A stretch of DNA of 64,000 bases, from the NCBI GenBank assembly GCA_944388575.1, contig CALXJF010000003.1:12926-76925 (forward strand). Direction: 5' to 3'. Made by a program: the position numbers and the translations under genes. Positions 1-9,091 of this stretch are shown in pieces. A model generated the notes under the pieces. That model did not search any database. It saw only the letters and a list, made by a program, of their open reading frames with translations, and was not told where the DNA came from. Positions within the stretch are counted from its first letter, which is position 1. Every line of letters begins with the position of its first letter. This DNA is from an uncultured Clostridia bacterium (lineage in GTDB: Bacteria; Bacillota; Clostridia; TANB77; CAG-465).

Positions 1-197
1 ACCATAGTCATAGTAAATACACAAAGTATAAAAGCTATTATTGATATATTATTTTTCTTTTTTATTTTCTCTCTTTTTAAACTTTTATTCTTACCTGTTT
101 TAACATTTTTTCTAGGGCTTACTTTTGTATAATCACTATATTTTCTTGCTGTAGAACCAGACTCATAATAGTCATCATATAGCTTTTTAGCTGGCAT
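1..197 (-). CDS. small bitopic membrane protein, FtsL-like by position (5' part only; runs off window start)
   Basis: ATG at 195-197 (minus) preceded by a GAGGTG RBS. My translation is MPAKKLYDDYYESGSTARKYSDYTKVSPRKNVKTGKNKSLKREKIKKKNNISIIAFILCVFTMTMV: a basic N-terminus followed by a hydrophobic helix. It lies directly downstream of mraZ-rsmH, where ftsL sits in dcw clusters. Confidence 0.45.
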   Translation of the reverse strand, partial: MPAKKLYDDYYESGSTARKYSDYTKVSPRKNVKTGKNKSLKREKIKKKNNISIIAFILCVFTMTM

Positions 198-226
198 CAA
201 ATTTCACCTCTTTTTTTGCCTGAATA

Positions 227-1081
227 TTAGTTTCTTTCAAAAACTCTAAGCTTTGCACTCCTCGCTCTTGGATTTTGACTTAATTCCTCTTCAGTTGGTA
301 TTATTGGTTTTTTAGTAATTATTTTTCCATAAGATTTAAAATTACAAACACATACTGGAAAATCTTTTGGACAAGTACATCTACCTTCCATTTCTTCATA
401 TGTATGTTTTACTATTTTATCTTCCAAAGAATGAAAAGTTATTATTGCAAGTCTTCCATTTCTATTTAAAGCTTTAATACTATCTATTACAGTTTTTTTT
501 AACAAAGCTAACTCTTCATTTACCTCTATTCTTATAGCTTGAAATACTCTTTTTGCAGGATGCTGCTTTTCATTTAATGATTTACTTGGCATTGAAGATT
601 TTATTATATCTACTAATTCAAAAGTCGTTTCTATATTCTTTTCTGTTCTTCTTAAACAAATATTTTTTGCAATACTTTTTGAATATCTTTCTTCTCCAAA
701 CTCAAAGAATATTTTAGCCAATTTTTCTTCACTATAATTATTCACAACTTCATATGCACTGATACTATCTTCTGTATTCATCCTCATATCTAACTTACTA
801 TCTTGCATATAACTAAATCCACGGGATGGTTCATCTAATTGATAAGAAGATACTCCTAAATCCAATAAAATGCCATCTACACCAGCTAAATCTAATGCTC
901 TTAATATATTTAATATATTAGCATGATTATCATGTATAATTTTAAAATTAGCAAATTCTTTCAATTTTTCTTTTGCTGCCTCAATTGCTGTTTTATCTCT
1001 ATCTATCCCTATAAGTCTTCCACTTCCATCTAGTCTCTTTAAAATTTCATAAGAATGTCCGCCTCCGCCGCAAAGTTCCAT
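227..1081 (-). CDS. rsmH: 16S rRNA (cytosine1402-N4)-methyltransferase RsmH. The N-terminal 26 codons lie in another frame (1082-1160), so there is an apparent 1-nt insertion near 1070.
   Basis: GGGGHS SAM-binding motif at the ORF start, DLGVSSYQLD motif, and position after mraZ. The upstream frame from the ATG at 1158-1160 encodes MEFKHKSVLLNECIEKLNIRSGLIYVDGTL, the normal RsmH N-terminus. Confidence 0.9.
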   Translation of the reverse strand: MELCGGGGHSYEILKRLDGSGRLIGIDRDKTAIEAAKEKLKEFANFKIIHDNHANILNILRALDLAGVDGILLDLGVSSYQLDEPSRGFSYMQDSKLDMRMNTEDSISAYEVVNNYSEEKLAKIFFEFGEERYSKSIAKNICLRRTEKNIETTFELVDIIKSSMPSKSLNEKQHPAKRVFQAIRIEVNEELALLKKTVIDSIKALNRNGRLAIITFHSLEDKIVKHTYEEMEGRCTCPKDFPVCVCNFKSYGKIITKKPIIPTEEELSQNPRARSAKLRVFERN

Positions 1082-1397
1082 CTACATATATTAATCCACT
1101 TCTAATATTTAATTTTTCTATACATTCATTAAGAAGTACTGACTTATGTTTAAATTCCATTTTCCTTTTATTCCTTGTCTATTAAATTATAATATATTCT
1201 AATGCTTTATCTTTTGTTTATTATAATTTTTTCTTTTGTTTTAAATTATATCTTATCCAAATAGGATTTTATCCTTTGTTATTAAATTTTATTTTATCTT
1301 TTGTCAATACATTTTTCATTTGTTCTTTAATATTTTTTCTTTTGTTATTAATAAATCATTTTTCTTTTGTACATTAATACTCTTTTGTTTTATATAG

Positions 1398-1829
1398 TTA
1401 AATGCCTAAATCAGACATTTGACTTGCTATTTCATCTACATTTAAATTTTCATCAGAATTATAAACATTCCATTTATCTCTATCCCAAATTTCTGCTCTT
1501 GTACCAACCCCAACAATTGTTACATCTTTAGTAATACTAGCATATTCTCTTAAATTTTGTGGAATATTTATCCTTCCTTGTTTATCAATTTCACATTCAG
1601 TGGCACCTGAAAAAAAGAATCTTACAAAGTTACGAGCATTAGTATTAGTTAATGGTAAAGTTTTTAATTTAGTTTCAAAAGTCAACCATTCTTCTTTAGA
1701 ATAAACAAATAAGCAGTTATCCAGACCTTTAGTAACGATAAAAGACTCTCCTAAATCCATTCTCAACTTAGAAGGAACACTAACTCTACCTTTTGTATCT
1801 AAACTATGATTGTACTCTCCAAGTAACAT
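1398..1829 (-). CDS. mraZ: transcriptional regulator MraZ
   Basis: 143 aa with two SpoVT/AbrB-like repeats, each carrying the DxxGR signature ([10 protein letters not shown] and [10 protein letters not shown]). First gene of the dcw cluster. Confidence 0.92.
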   Translation of the reverse strand: MLLGEYNHSLDTKGRVSVPSKLRMDLGESFIVTKGLDNCLFVYSKEEWLTFETKLKTLPLTNTNARNFVRFFFSGATECEIDKQGRINIPQNLREYASITKDVTIVGVGTRAEIWDRDKWNVYNSDENLNVDEIASQMSDLGI

Positions 1830-1840
1830 TAAAAACTCAC

Positions 1841-1880
1841 CTCACTTTGTACCACTTTATACCACTTTGTACCACTTGTT
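1841..1880 (-). promoter_or_regulatory. MraZ-box operator: four 10-bp direct repeats (minus strand AAGTGGTACA AAGTGGTATA AAGTGGTACA AAGTGAGGTG)
   Basis: Plus-strand units ctcactttgt/accactttat/accactttgt/accacttgtt form an exact 10-bp phased array just upstream of the mraZ start. GTGG-type pentamers with 5-nt spacers match the repeat architecture described for MraZ operators (E. coli TGGGN repeats with 5-nt spacers). Confidence 0.7.
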
Positions 1881-1884
1881 TATA

Positions 1885-1913
1885 ATTTTAGTACAAAAAA
1901 ATGTAAAAATCAA
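1885..1913 (-). promoter_or_regulatory. candidate sigma-A promoter of the mraZ/dcw operon
   Basis: Minus strand reads TTGATT, a 17-nt spacer, then TAAAAT. The MraZ boxes lie immediately downstream. Confidence 0.4.
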
Positions 1914-2003
1914 TACTTTTTCAAAAAAAACTTATAAAATTATATAAATTTCACAAAAAAAGCTATACATAAAATACGTATAACTCATTTTTTTTAGTAA
2001 CAT

Positions 2004-3149
2004 CTATTTTTTCCTATAATTTATTACTACATTTTTTAGTACATATGCTATATACTTTATATCTTCCATTGTATTTTTATCACCTAATGTAATTCTAATT
2101 GTGCTTAAAGCCTGTTTTAAGGATAATCCCATTGCTGTTAAGACATGTGATGGAGCAATACTATTTGAATTACATGCGCTACCACTTGAAACACATATTC
2201 CATTCATATCTAACATTAATAATAAATTCCTCGAATCTACACCATCTATAGATAGGCTTATACTACCTGGTAACTTATTTTCTATATCCGCATTTATTAT
2301 TACTCCATCTATATTATTTTTTATCTCTTTTAATAAGCAATCTCTTAAGCATGATATATTATAGTTATGATCTTCTAGGTTTAAATTTGCAATCTCAATA
2401 GCTTTACCTATTCCAACGATACCAGGTACATTTTCAGTTCCTGCCCTTTTACAATGTTCCTGATGTCCACCAAGTATAACAGGATCAAAATCTATATTTC
2501 TTTTTATATATGCAGAACCTATTCCTTTTGGACCATAGAATTTATGAGCTGAAATAGATAATGCATCAATATTCATATCGTTTACATCAATAATTATATG
2601 TCCCACCGCTTGAACTGCATCTGTATGAAAAATAATGTTATTTTGTCTTGCAATATCTCCTATTTCTTTTATAGGTTCAATTACTCCAACTTCATTATTA
2701 GCCATCATAATTGATATTAAAATTGTATCATCTCTTATAGAATTTCTTAATTCATCTAAATTAACAATACCATTTTTATCTACATTTAAATAAGTAACTT
2801 CAAATCCTTCTCTTTCAAGCTCCTTGCAAGTATTAAGTACAGCTAAATGTTCTATTTTTGAAGTTATAATATGTCTTCCTTTATTCTTATTTGCTCTAGC
2901 TATACCAAGTAAAATCATATTATCAGCTTCACTACCACTAGCAGTAAAATATACTTCATCACTATTACAATTTAATGCCAAAGCAACTTTTTTTCTTGAA
3001 ATATCTATTGCTTCTCTTGACTTTCTTGCAATAGAGTATACTGCAGATGCATTGCCAAAATTAGTACTAAAATATGGTAGCATTTCTCTTAAAACTTCCT
3101 GTTTTACAAATGTTGTAGCACTATAATCACAATAAACTAATCTCTCCAT
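2004..3149 (-). CDS. cysteine desulfurase (class V aminotransferase, NifS/IscS-like)
   Basis: PLP-lysine motif SAHKFYGPKG and catalytic-Cys loop SSGSACNS. 381 aa. Confidence 0.85.
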   Translation of the reverse strand: MERLVYCDYSATTFVKQEVLREMLPYFSTNFGNASAVYSIARKSREAIDISRKKVALALNCNSDEVYFTASGSEADNMILLGIARANKNKGRHIITSKIEHLAVLNTCKELEREGFEVTYLNVDKNGIVNLDELRNSIRDDTILISIMMANNEVGVIEPIKEIGDIARQNNIIFHTDAVQAVGHIIIDVNDMNIDALSISAHKFYGPKGIGSAYIKRNIDFDPVILGGHQEHCKRAGTENVPGIVGIGKAIEIANLNLEDHNYNISCLRDCLLKEIKNNIDGVIINADIENKLPGSISLSIDGVDSRNLLLMLDMNGICVSSGSACNSNSIAPSHVLTAMGLSLKQALSTIRITLGDKNTMEDIKYIAYVLKNVVINYRKK

Positions 3150-3233
3150 AGTATGTTTCCCCCAATAAAAAATATAACTAATACTATTATATAATATGTA
3201 TTAGTTATATTTTTGAAACCTTTTTATAAAAAT

Positions 3234-4316
3234 TTATACTTTAACACTTTCTTTTTCCAAAAGCTTTAATGCTTCAGCTTTTCTATTTTTGGCATCCTCT
3301 AAATCAACTTCTGCCCTAGCCAAAGCTTCCTTAGCTTTTTTTATTCTCTTTTCACGTTCTTTTTGTATAGCAACTTCTTCAGTATCACCATCAATATTAA
3401 GTCCATTACTATCAAACTTTGTACCAGTATCTTTATGGATATAACCTGCATTAAATCCTCTAGTTGTATATCCATTAAATCCAACTTTATATGGTTCATC
3501 TTGAAATACACCATAAGCAGACATTCCATTTAAATCAAAATCTGTATTAGTATCTCTATGTTTACCACAAAAAGAAAAGCCATTAACATCAAAAAAGCTT
3601 CCAGTAACAAAATTCTTTCTTCTTCTGTCAAATCCATTAATATTATATCTAGTCTTAGGATTTACATTTTGATTAAACATGTCTAAGATATTAGGAACTT
3701 TTAATAAATCTTCTTTAGATAATTTTTCACTTAATAATACTCTTTCACATTCATTAGAAAGTTGTCTATCAATAAAATTAATTAAAAAGTCAAACATTCC
3801 CTCCTTATATCCTTCTAGTGTTTTAATATCTTCTATATCCCAAAATTGAAAATAATTAAAACTATAATCTACAGTTACAATCCCTCTCAAAATATGGTTA
3901 GAATCTAATATTATTCCATATATTCCAAGTGTAGTAATACTTCTATATATTATCCACTCATTATCCAATAGAACTCCGCAATAACTCATATTACTATCAA
4001 TAAAGTTTTGCTTTATATTACTCCTATATCTCTTTATATAATCTATTCTATTTTTAAATATATGTTCTCCCTTAGATAAATTATATAACATCAAACAAGC
4101 ATCAATCTTTTTAGAATCATATTTATTTCTAGTAAAACTATTTTTGCAAAATTCTAAACTTCTATTTTGACAAACTTTATGTATTGGATCATTAGAAAAT
4201 ATAGATGATTTATCAATTATAGCTAAGAATTGGTCTTTATCTTTTTTAAAAGGATAAAAATAATAATTACCACATAGAAAATGTCCTGCACTCATCATTA
4301 ACTTATAAAAATTCAT
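3234..4316 (-). CDS. hypothetical protein with C-terminal F(D/N)xNG repeats and a coiled-coil tail
   Basis: The ORF track gives 3234-4364. The internal start MNFYKLMM at 4316 has an AGGAGG RBS. The repeats read NINGFD, FDVNGF, FDLNGM, GFNGY, FDSNGL. Confidence 0.6.
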   Translation of the reverse strand: MNFYKLMMSAGHFLCGNYYFYPFKKDKDQFLAIIDKSSIFSNDPIHKVCQNRSLEFCKNSFTRNKYDSKKIDACLMLYNLSKGEHIFKNRIDYIKRYRSNIKQNFIDSNMSYCGVLLDNEWIIYRSITTLGIYGIILDSNHILRGIVTVDYSFNYFQFWDIEDIKTLEGYKEGMFDFLINFIDRQLSNECERVLLSEKLSKEDLLKVPNILDMFNQNVNPKTRYNINGFDRRRKNFVTGSFFDVNGFSFCGKHRDTNTDFDLNGMSAYGVFQDEPYKVGFNGYTTRGFNAGYIHKDTGTKFDSNGLNIDGDTEEVAIQKEREKRIKKAKEALARAEVDLEDAKNRKAEALKLLEKESVKV

Positions 4317-4397
4317 AATAATACCTCCTATAATCAACTCGGTTTTTATATTTATGTATACCATATTATATCAAAAGTTTTTATTTATGTCAATACA

Positions 4398-4428
4398 CAA
4401 AAAACTTGAGTATTTTTTATACTCAAGC
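4398..4428 (-). terminator. rho-independent terminator after ileS
   Basis: Minus strand: CTTGAGTAT, loop AAAA, ATACTCAAG, then a T6 run. Confidence 0.75.
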
Positions 4429-4437
4429 TTTATATCT

Positions 4438-7212
4438 TTACATATTTTTATAACATTTCATACAAATTCCATCATCAGAAAATTCATGCGAGTAAGTCCA
4501 ACATCTTGGACATTTAACTCCAGTTGATTTTTCTACTTCTACATTAAAGTCTTCATTAGTTTCTTCAACATTTAACTCAGAAATTATTGCAACGAGTTCA
4601 ATTTCTTTTAAATTTTCCTTTATAAACTCATAATCTTTTTCTTTAGTATATATTGTTACTTGTGCATCTAATGCACTACCAATCTTTTTATCTGCTCTTG
4701 CATTTTCTATAGGTTTTGCTAACAATTCTTTTATTTCAAAAATTCTGTTCCACTTTTCAATTAGTTTATCATCCATATATTTATTGTCTACATTTGGGAA
4801 ATCTTCAAGTAAAATACTTACTTTCTTTTCACCTTTTATATTCATATATGAGTATATTTCTTCAGAAGTAAACGCCAAAATTGGAGAGATTACTCTAGTT
4901 AAAGTATAAAGTATATCATACATTGTTGATTGAGAACTTCTTCTTAAAGGATGTGATACATTAAAAGTATATAATCTGTCTTTTATAACGTCTAAATACT
5001 TAGCTGATAACTCTACTGTGCAAAATCTATGAATTTCACTATATACTAAATGATAATCATAATTTGAATACGACTCATTAACATACTCTATAAACTTATT
5101 TAATTTATACATCATATATCTATCTAATTCGTCTCTATTTTCATATTCAAGATAATCTTTATTTGAATCAAAGTCATTAGTATTTCCAATAAGAAATCTT
5201 ACTGTATTTCTTATTTTTTTGTAATTCTCTGATACCTGTTTTAAAATATCTTTTGAAAGTCTGATTTCACTATGATAATCTGAAGACGTAACCCACATTC
5301 TTAAAATATCAGCCCCATACTCATCAACTATATCAAGTGGTGCTATTCCATTTCCTAATGATTTAGACATCTTCTTACCTTCACCATCAACTACCATACC
5401 ATGAGTTACTACTTCTTTATATGGAGCTTCTCCCTTAGTCGCAACAGCAGTTAATAATGAAGATTGAAACCATCCTCTATATTGATCATTTCCCTCCATA
5501 TATACATCAGCTTTTCCCTCTGGTAATCCATATTTTTCATTTAATACAGCTGCATGTGAAGATCCAGAATCAAACCATACATCCATTATATCTGTTTCTT
5601 TAACCAATTTTTTACAACCACATGAACAAGTTGGAATTCCTCCTAATATTTCTTCAGGTGTTTTTTCAAACCAAGCGTTTGAGCCATAATTTGCAAATAA
5701 TTCTTGTACCTTTTTTATTGTATCTTCATTTATATATTCTTTTCCACATTCTTCACAATAAAATATTGGAATTGGAACTCCCCATGAACGCTGACGAGAA
5801 ATACACCAATCTGATCTGTCTTTTATCATATTAGTCATTCTTTCAGCACCCCAACTAGGATACCATTTTACATTATTTATTTCACTTAATGCTTTATCTC
5901 TAAAGCCATCAATTGATGCAAACCACTGTGTAGTAGCTCTATATATTACAGGCTTTTTACATCTCCAACAGTGTGGATAAGAGTGAGTTAATTCACAAGC
6001 TGCAAATAAATCTCCCGTATCCTCTAAGAATTTTATGATTTCTTTATTCGCTTTTTTATAGAACATACCAGAAAATCTTCCAGCTTCTTCTGTCATATGA
6101 CCATGTTTATCTACTGGAACAATTATTTCTATATCTTTATATCTTTTACAGCAAAGATAGTCCTCATGACCATGTCCGGGTGCAGTATGTACACAACCTG
6201 TTCCAGCATCTAAACTAACATATAAATCTTTATCAGATCCAAGTATTACTCTAGAAGTTTTATTTTCAATTACAGGGTTTAAACAAATAATATTTTCAAG
6301 TTCTTCTCCTTTAAATTCAGCTAATATGTTATATTCTTCAATATTTTTAAGTTTCATTACTTGAGCTGCCAAATCTTTTGCCATAATATATCTTTCATTA
6401 TTAGCCTCAATTAAGGCATATATATAATCAGGATTTAAAGTTATAGCCTGATTACCAGGTAAAGTCCAAGGTGTTGTAGTCCAAATAACAATATATGTAT
6501 TATTTAAATCTCCATATTTACTAAATAATCCTTTATCTTCTTTAACTTTAAATTTTACATATATTGATGTAGATGTTTCATCTTTATATTCAATTTCTGC
6601 CTCTGCTAAAGCTGTTTCACAATCACTACACCAATATACAGGTTTTAAGTCTCTATATATATAACCTTTTTTATACATATCTCCAAAAACACCTATTTGA
6701 GTTGCTTCAAAATTTTTATGCAAAGTTAAGTATCTTTTTGTTTCATCTCTATAATCTCCAAGTCCACCTAAACGTTCAAATTGTGTTGCGGTTTTTCTTA
6801 CTGCATTTAAAGCAAAATCTTCACAAATCTCTCTAAACTTAGCTACACCCACATCTGCTTTTTCTACTTTTAATTCTTGTTGTACCTTTTTCTCGATTGG
6901 AAGGCCATGTGTATCCCACCCAGGTATATATGGACTGTAATATCCATTCATTGTTTTATATCTAATAATTATATCTTTTAAAATTTTATCAAGTGCATGA
7001 CCTGTATGAATGTCACCATTAGCATATGGAGGTCCATCATGAAGTACAAAAGTTTTTCCTGTATCTTTATTTTTTTCTAAAGCTAAATAATATATCTTAT
7101 TATCTATCATTGACTTTAAAATATCTGGTTCTTTTTTAGGCAAATTTCCTCTCATTTCAAACTCTGTTTTAGGTAAATTCAAAGTTTTTGAATAATCCTT
7201 TTTATCTTCCAT
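4438..7212 (-). CDS. ileS: isoleucine--tRNA ligase
   Basis: 924 aa. HIGH-type motif PYANGDIHTGHAL, KMSKS motif, and a C-terminal zinc-finger cysteine pair. Confidence 0.97.
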   Translation of the reverse strand: MEDKKDYSKTLNLPKTEFEMRGNLPKKEPDILKSMIDNKIYYLALEKNKDTGKTFVLHDGPPYANGDIHTGHALDKILKDIIIRYKTMNGYYSPYIPGWDTHGLPIEKKVQQELKVEKADVGVAKFREICEDFALNAVRKTATQFERLGGLGDYRDETKRYLTLHKNFEATQIGVFGDMYKKGYIYRDLKPVYWCSDCETALAEAEIEYKDETSTSIYVKFKVKEDKGLFSKYGDLNNTYIVIWTTTPWTLPGNQAITLNPDYIYALIEANNERYIMAKDLAAQVMKLKNIEEYNILAEFKGEELENIICLNPVIENKTSRVILGSDKDLYVSLDAGTGCVHTAPGHGHEDYLCCKRYKDIEIIVPVDKHGHMTEEAGRFSGMFYKKANKEIIKFLEDTGDLFAACELTHSYPHCWRCKKPVIYRATTQWFASIDGFRDKALSEINNVKWYPSWGAERMTNMIKDRSDWCISRQRSWGVPIPIFYCEECGKEYINEDTIKKVQELFANYGSNAWFEKTPEEILGGIPTCSCGCKKLVKETDIMDVWFDSGSSHAAVLNEKYGLPEGKADVYMEGNDQYRGWFQSSLLTAVATKGEAPYKEVVTHGMVVDGEGKKMSKSLGNGIAPLDIVDEYGADILRMWVTSSDYHSEIRLSKDILKQVSENYKKIRNTVRFLIGNTNDFDSNKDYLEYENRDELDRYMMYKLNKFIEYVNESYSNYDYHLVYSEIHRFCTVELSAKYLDVIKDRLYTFNVSHPLRRSSQSTMYDILYTLTRVISPILAFTSEEIYSYMNIKGEKKVSILLEDFPNVDNKYMDDKLIEKWNRIFEIKELLAKPIENARADKKIGSALDAQVTIYTKEKDYEFIKENLKEIELVAIISELNVEETNEDFNVEVEKSTGVKCPRCWTYSHEFSDDGICMKCYKNM

Positions 7213-7247
7213 ACAAACAACATTCCTTTCTTTACATATAATATATA

Positions 7248-7482
7248 GAAAAAATCACACATACCTGTATATAAAGGATGCGTGATTATATCAAACAATT
7301 TATACCTTAATATACAACATACCAACATATGTGTCCTTTGTAACGTAAAGGTTACGGCGACGCTTACTTCTTTTTTTCAGCTAGCAACTCGGAGATGATT
7401 TTCAAAATATACTAATCTAACTAGGCTTTCACCGTCCCTAGCTCGCTAATGTATTTCATATATATTTACTCTTTCTCGTCAT
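7248..7482 (-). promoter_or_regulatory. T-box leader (Ile) with terminator/antiterminator upstream of ileS
   Basis: Minus strand shows stem-I-like GACGAGAAAGAGUA and AGCGAGCUAGGGACGGUGAAAGCCUAG. There is a candidate specifier AUC (about 7394-7399) in GAAAAUCAUC. A terminator AAUCACGCAUCC..GGUAUGUGUGAUU plus U6 lies at 7248-7287. The T-box core is degenerate: UUGGUAUG is seen, but the canonical GGUGGUACCGCG is not. Confidence 0.65.
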
Positions 7483-7620
7483 AGTTTTTAAATATTTTTC
7501 TATTTAAATCAAATTTATTATATCAAATATCTATATATAAGTCAATTATTTTAAATTTATAAATATAATTCATTCATATTTTATTTTTCTGTATTATCTA
7601 AAAAACTATCTGAAAGAACT

Positions 7621-8271
7621 TCAAAATCTTCTTTTTTTATACCGGTGAATATAAACTACAAATTCTTCTGACGTATTTTTTGAGATAACATTTGCTTCAT
7701 ATCCAACAAAATTTGAACTTATAATTCCATTATACGTATAGTCCCTTTCAATATTAGTAACTCTAAAATCTTCATCACCATATCTTTTAGTTAAATAATC
7801 CTCTATATACTCTTTAGCATCAATTTCTGCTCTTTTTATTCCTTGCAATTCTATTTCATATGGCAAGAATAATACGACTATATATACTAATAATAAAATT
7901 ATACCTATCTTAAATGAATTTCTTCTATTTCTTGTCAGCTCCTCTTCATTTTGGTCTTTTAATTTGCTTTTGGAAATTTTTCTTAATATCAATGCTATTA
8001 TACATGTTATAAAATCAACGCCAAAAACTATTAATCCGATAAAAAAGTATAAAAGTTTATTCCAACCACCATTACCTATAATATCATCATCTGCACCACT
8101 TAAAAAAGCTAATAAAATAATTAAAGATATTACAATTGAAATTATAATCGAAAATACTCTTGTAAAATAATTAACATCTTTTCTTTTAAAAGCTTTATAT
8201 AATATAATCCATTGCAATAATATTACTACAACATAAAATAATATAACTAAAATAAACTTAATATCTAACAT
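7621..8271 (-). CDS. hypothetical polytopic membrane protein
   Basis: 216 aa with about four hydrophobic helices and then a soluble C-terminal domain. No motif recognised. Confidence 0.55.
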   Translation of the reverse strand: MLDIKFILVILFYVVVILLQWIILYKAFKRKDVNYFTRVFSIIISIVISLIILLAFLSGADDDIIGNGGWNKLLYFFIGLIVFGVDFITCIIALILRKISKSKLKDQNEEELTRNRRNSFKIGIILLLVYIVVLFLPYEIELQGIKRAEIDAKEYIEDYLTKRYGDEDFRVTNIERDYTYNGIISSNFVGYEANVISKNTSEEFVVYIHRYKKRRF

Positions 8272-8301
8272 ATATTTCTCCCCTCATATTATTTATATAT
8301 C

Positions 8302-8883
8302 TTACTTTTTTATAATACTTCTCTTTAACAACTCAATTTGCTCACTATCATCTATAACTGCTTTAATACTTGCATTTAAAATATCATTATAATCAATTAA
8401 ATACCAATTAATCTCATATCCTAAATCTTCAAGTAATTCTCTTATAAACTCTCTTGTTGCTCTTCCATTGCCCTCACGAAATGGATGAAGAACATTTAAA
8501 TCGGTCATTATTTCGGAGATTTTCTTTACTAAAATATCAAAATCACAAAATCTAAAAAGTTTTAAATCTATCTTCTTCATTATAATCTTTATATTATCTT
8601 CAATATAATGAAAATCTGAAAATAAAAAATTTTCCTTAGTAATATTTTCTAGACGATACTTACCAGCAAAATCATATATTTCAAAAAATAAATATTGATG
8701 TATAAATCTTAAATGATTTTCATCATAAGTTCTATTAAACTTTAATTTTTGAATAGTAAGTAATTTAAAAGCAACCATTTTAGTTTCATACTCTTTTAGT
8801 TTTTTTTCACTCTTTATATTAAGTTTATTTTTTAATACTTGACTTCCTTTATATGTATATCTTGAATTTATAGCATCATACAT
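8302..8883 (-). CDS. Fic/DOC-family protein (AMPylase-type toxin)
   Basis: Canonical Fic motif HPFREGNGRATREF (HxFx[D/E]GNGRxxR). Confidence 0.88.
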   Translation of the reverse strand: MYDAINSRYTYKGSQVLKNKLNIKSEKKLKEYETKMVAFKLLTIQKLKFNRTYDENHLRFIHQYLFFEIYDFAGKYRLENITKENFLFSDFHYIEDNIKIIMKKIDLKLFRFCDFDILVKKISEIMTDLNVLHPFREGNGRATREFIRELLEDLGYEINWYLIDYNDILNASIKAVIDDSEQIELLKRSIIKK

Positions 8884-8890
8884 AAATTAA

Positions 8891-9073
8891 TCACTCCAAA
8901 GATAAAAAATCTCTTTTTATTTTTTCTATACCTTGCATTTCTGTAATCTCATTATTTAAAAAGCTATTCATAAGATTAATATCATTTTCTTGTAAATTAC
9001 AACCTTCAATTTGCATAGTCCATTTTATATTTTCAATTATTTTTTGATTATCTTTAACATTATTATTTTGCAT
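8891..9073 (-). CDS. class-I Fic antitoxin (VbhA-like small inhibitor)
   Basis: 60 aa, 7 nt upstream of fic. It contains TMQIEG, which matches the inhibitory-helix motif [S/T]xxxE[G/N]. Confidence 0.7.
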   Translation of the reverse strand: MQNNNVKDNQKIIENIKWTMQIEGCNLQENDINLMNSFLNNEITEMQGIEKIKRDFLSLE

Positions 9074-9091
9074 TTTTATATTCCTTCCTTT

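Noticed and set aside
1161-1397. Repeat array considered as a CRISPR or minisatellite
   Set aside because: The repeated core is only 7-12 nt, its spacing is irregular (18-40 nt), and no cas genes are present. It is kept as an unexplained motif array instead.
2101-3126. Two plus-strand ORFs (87 and 100 aa)
   Set aside because: Both are antisense to the cysteine desulfurase gene, whose PLP and Cys motifs firmly assign the coding strand.
7321-7450. Locally GC-rich structured patch considered as a tRNA or other small RNA gene
   Set aside because: I could not fold it into a cloverleaf. Its position upstream of ileS, the stem-I-like motifs, the AUC specifier candidate and the downstream terminator fit a T-box leader.
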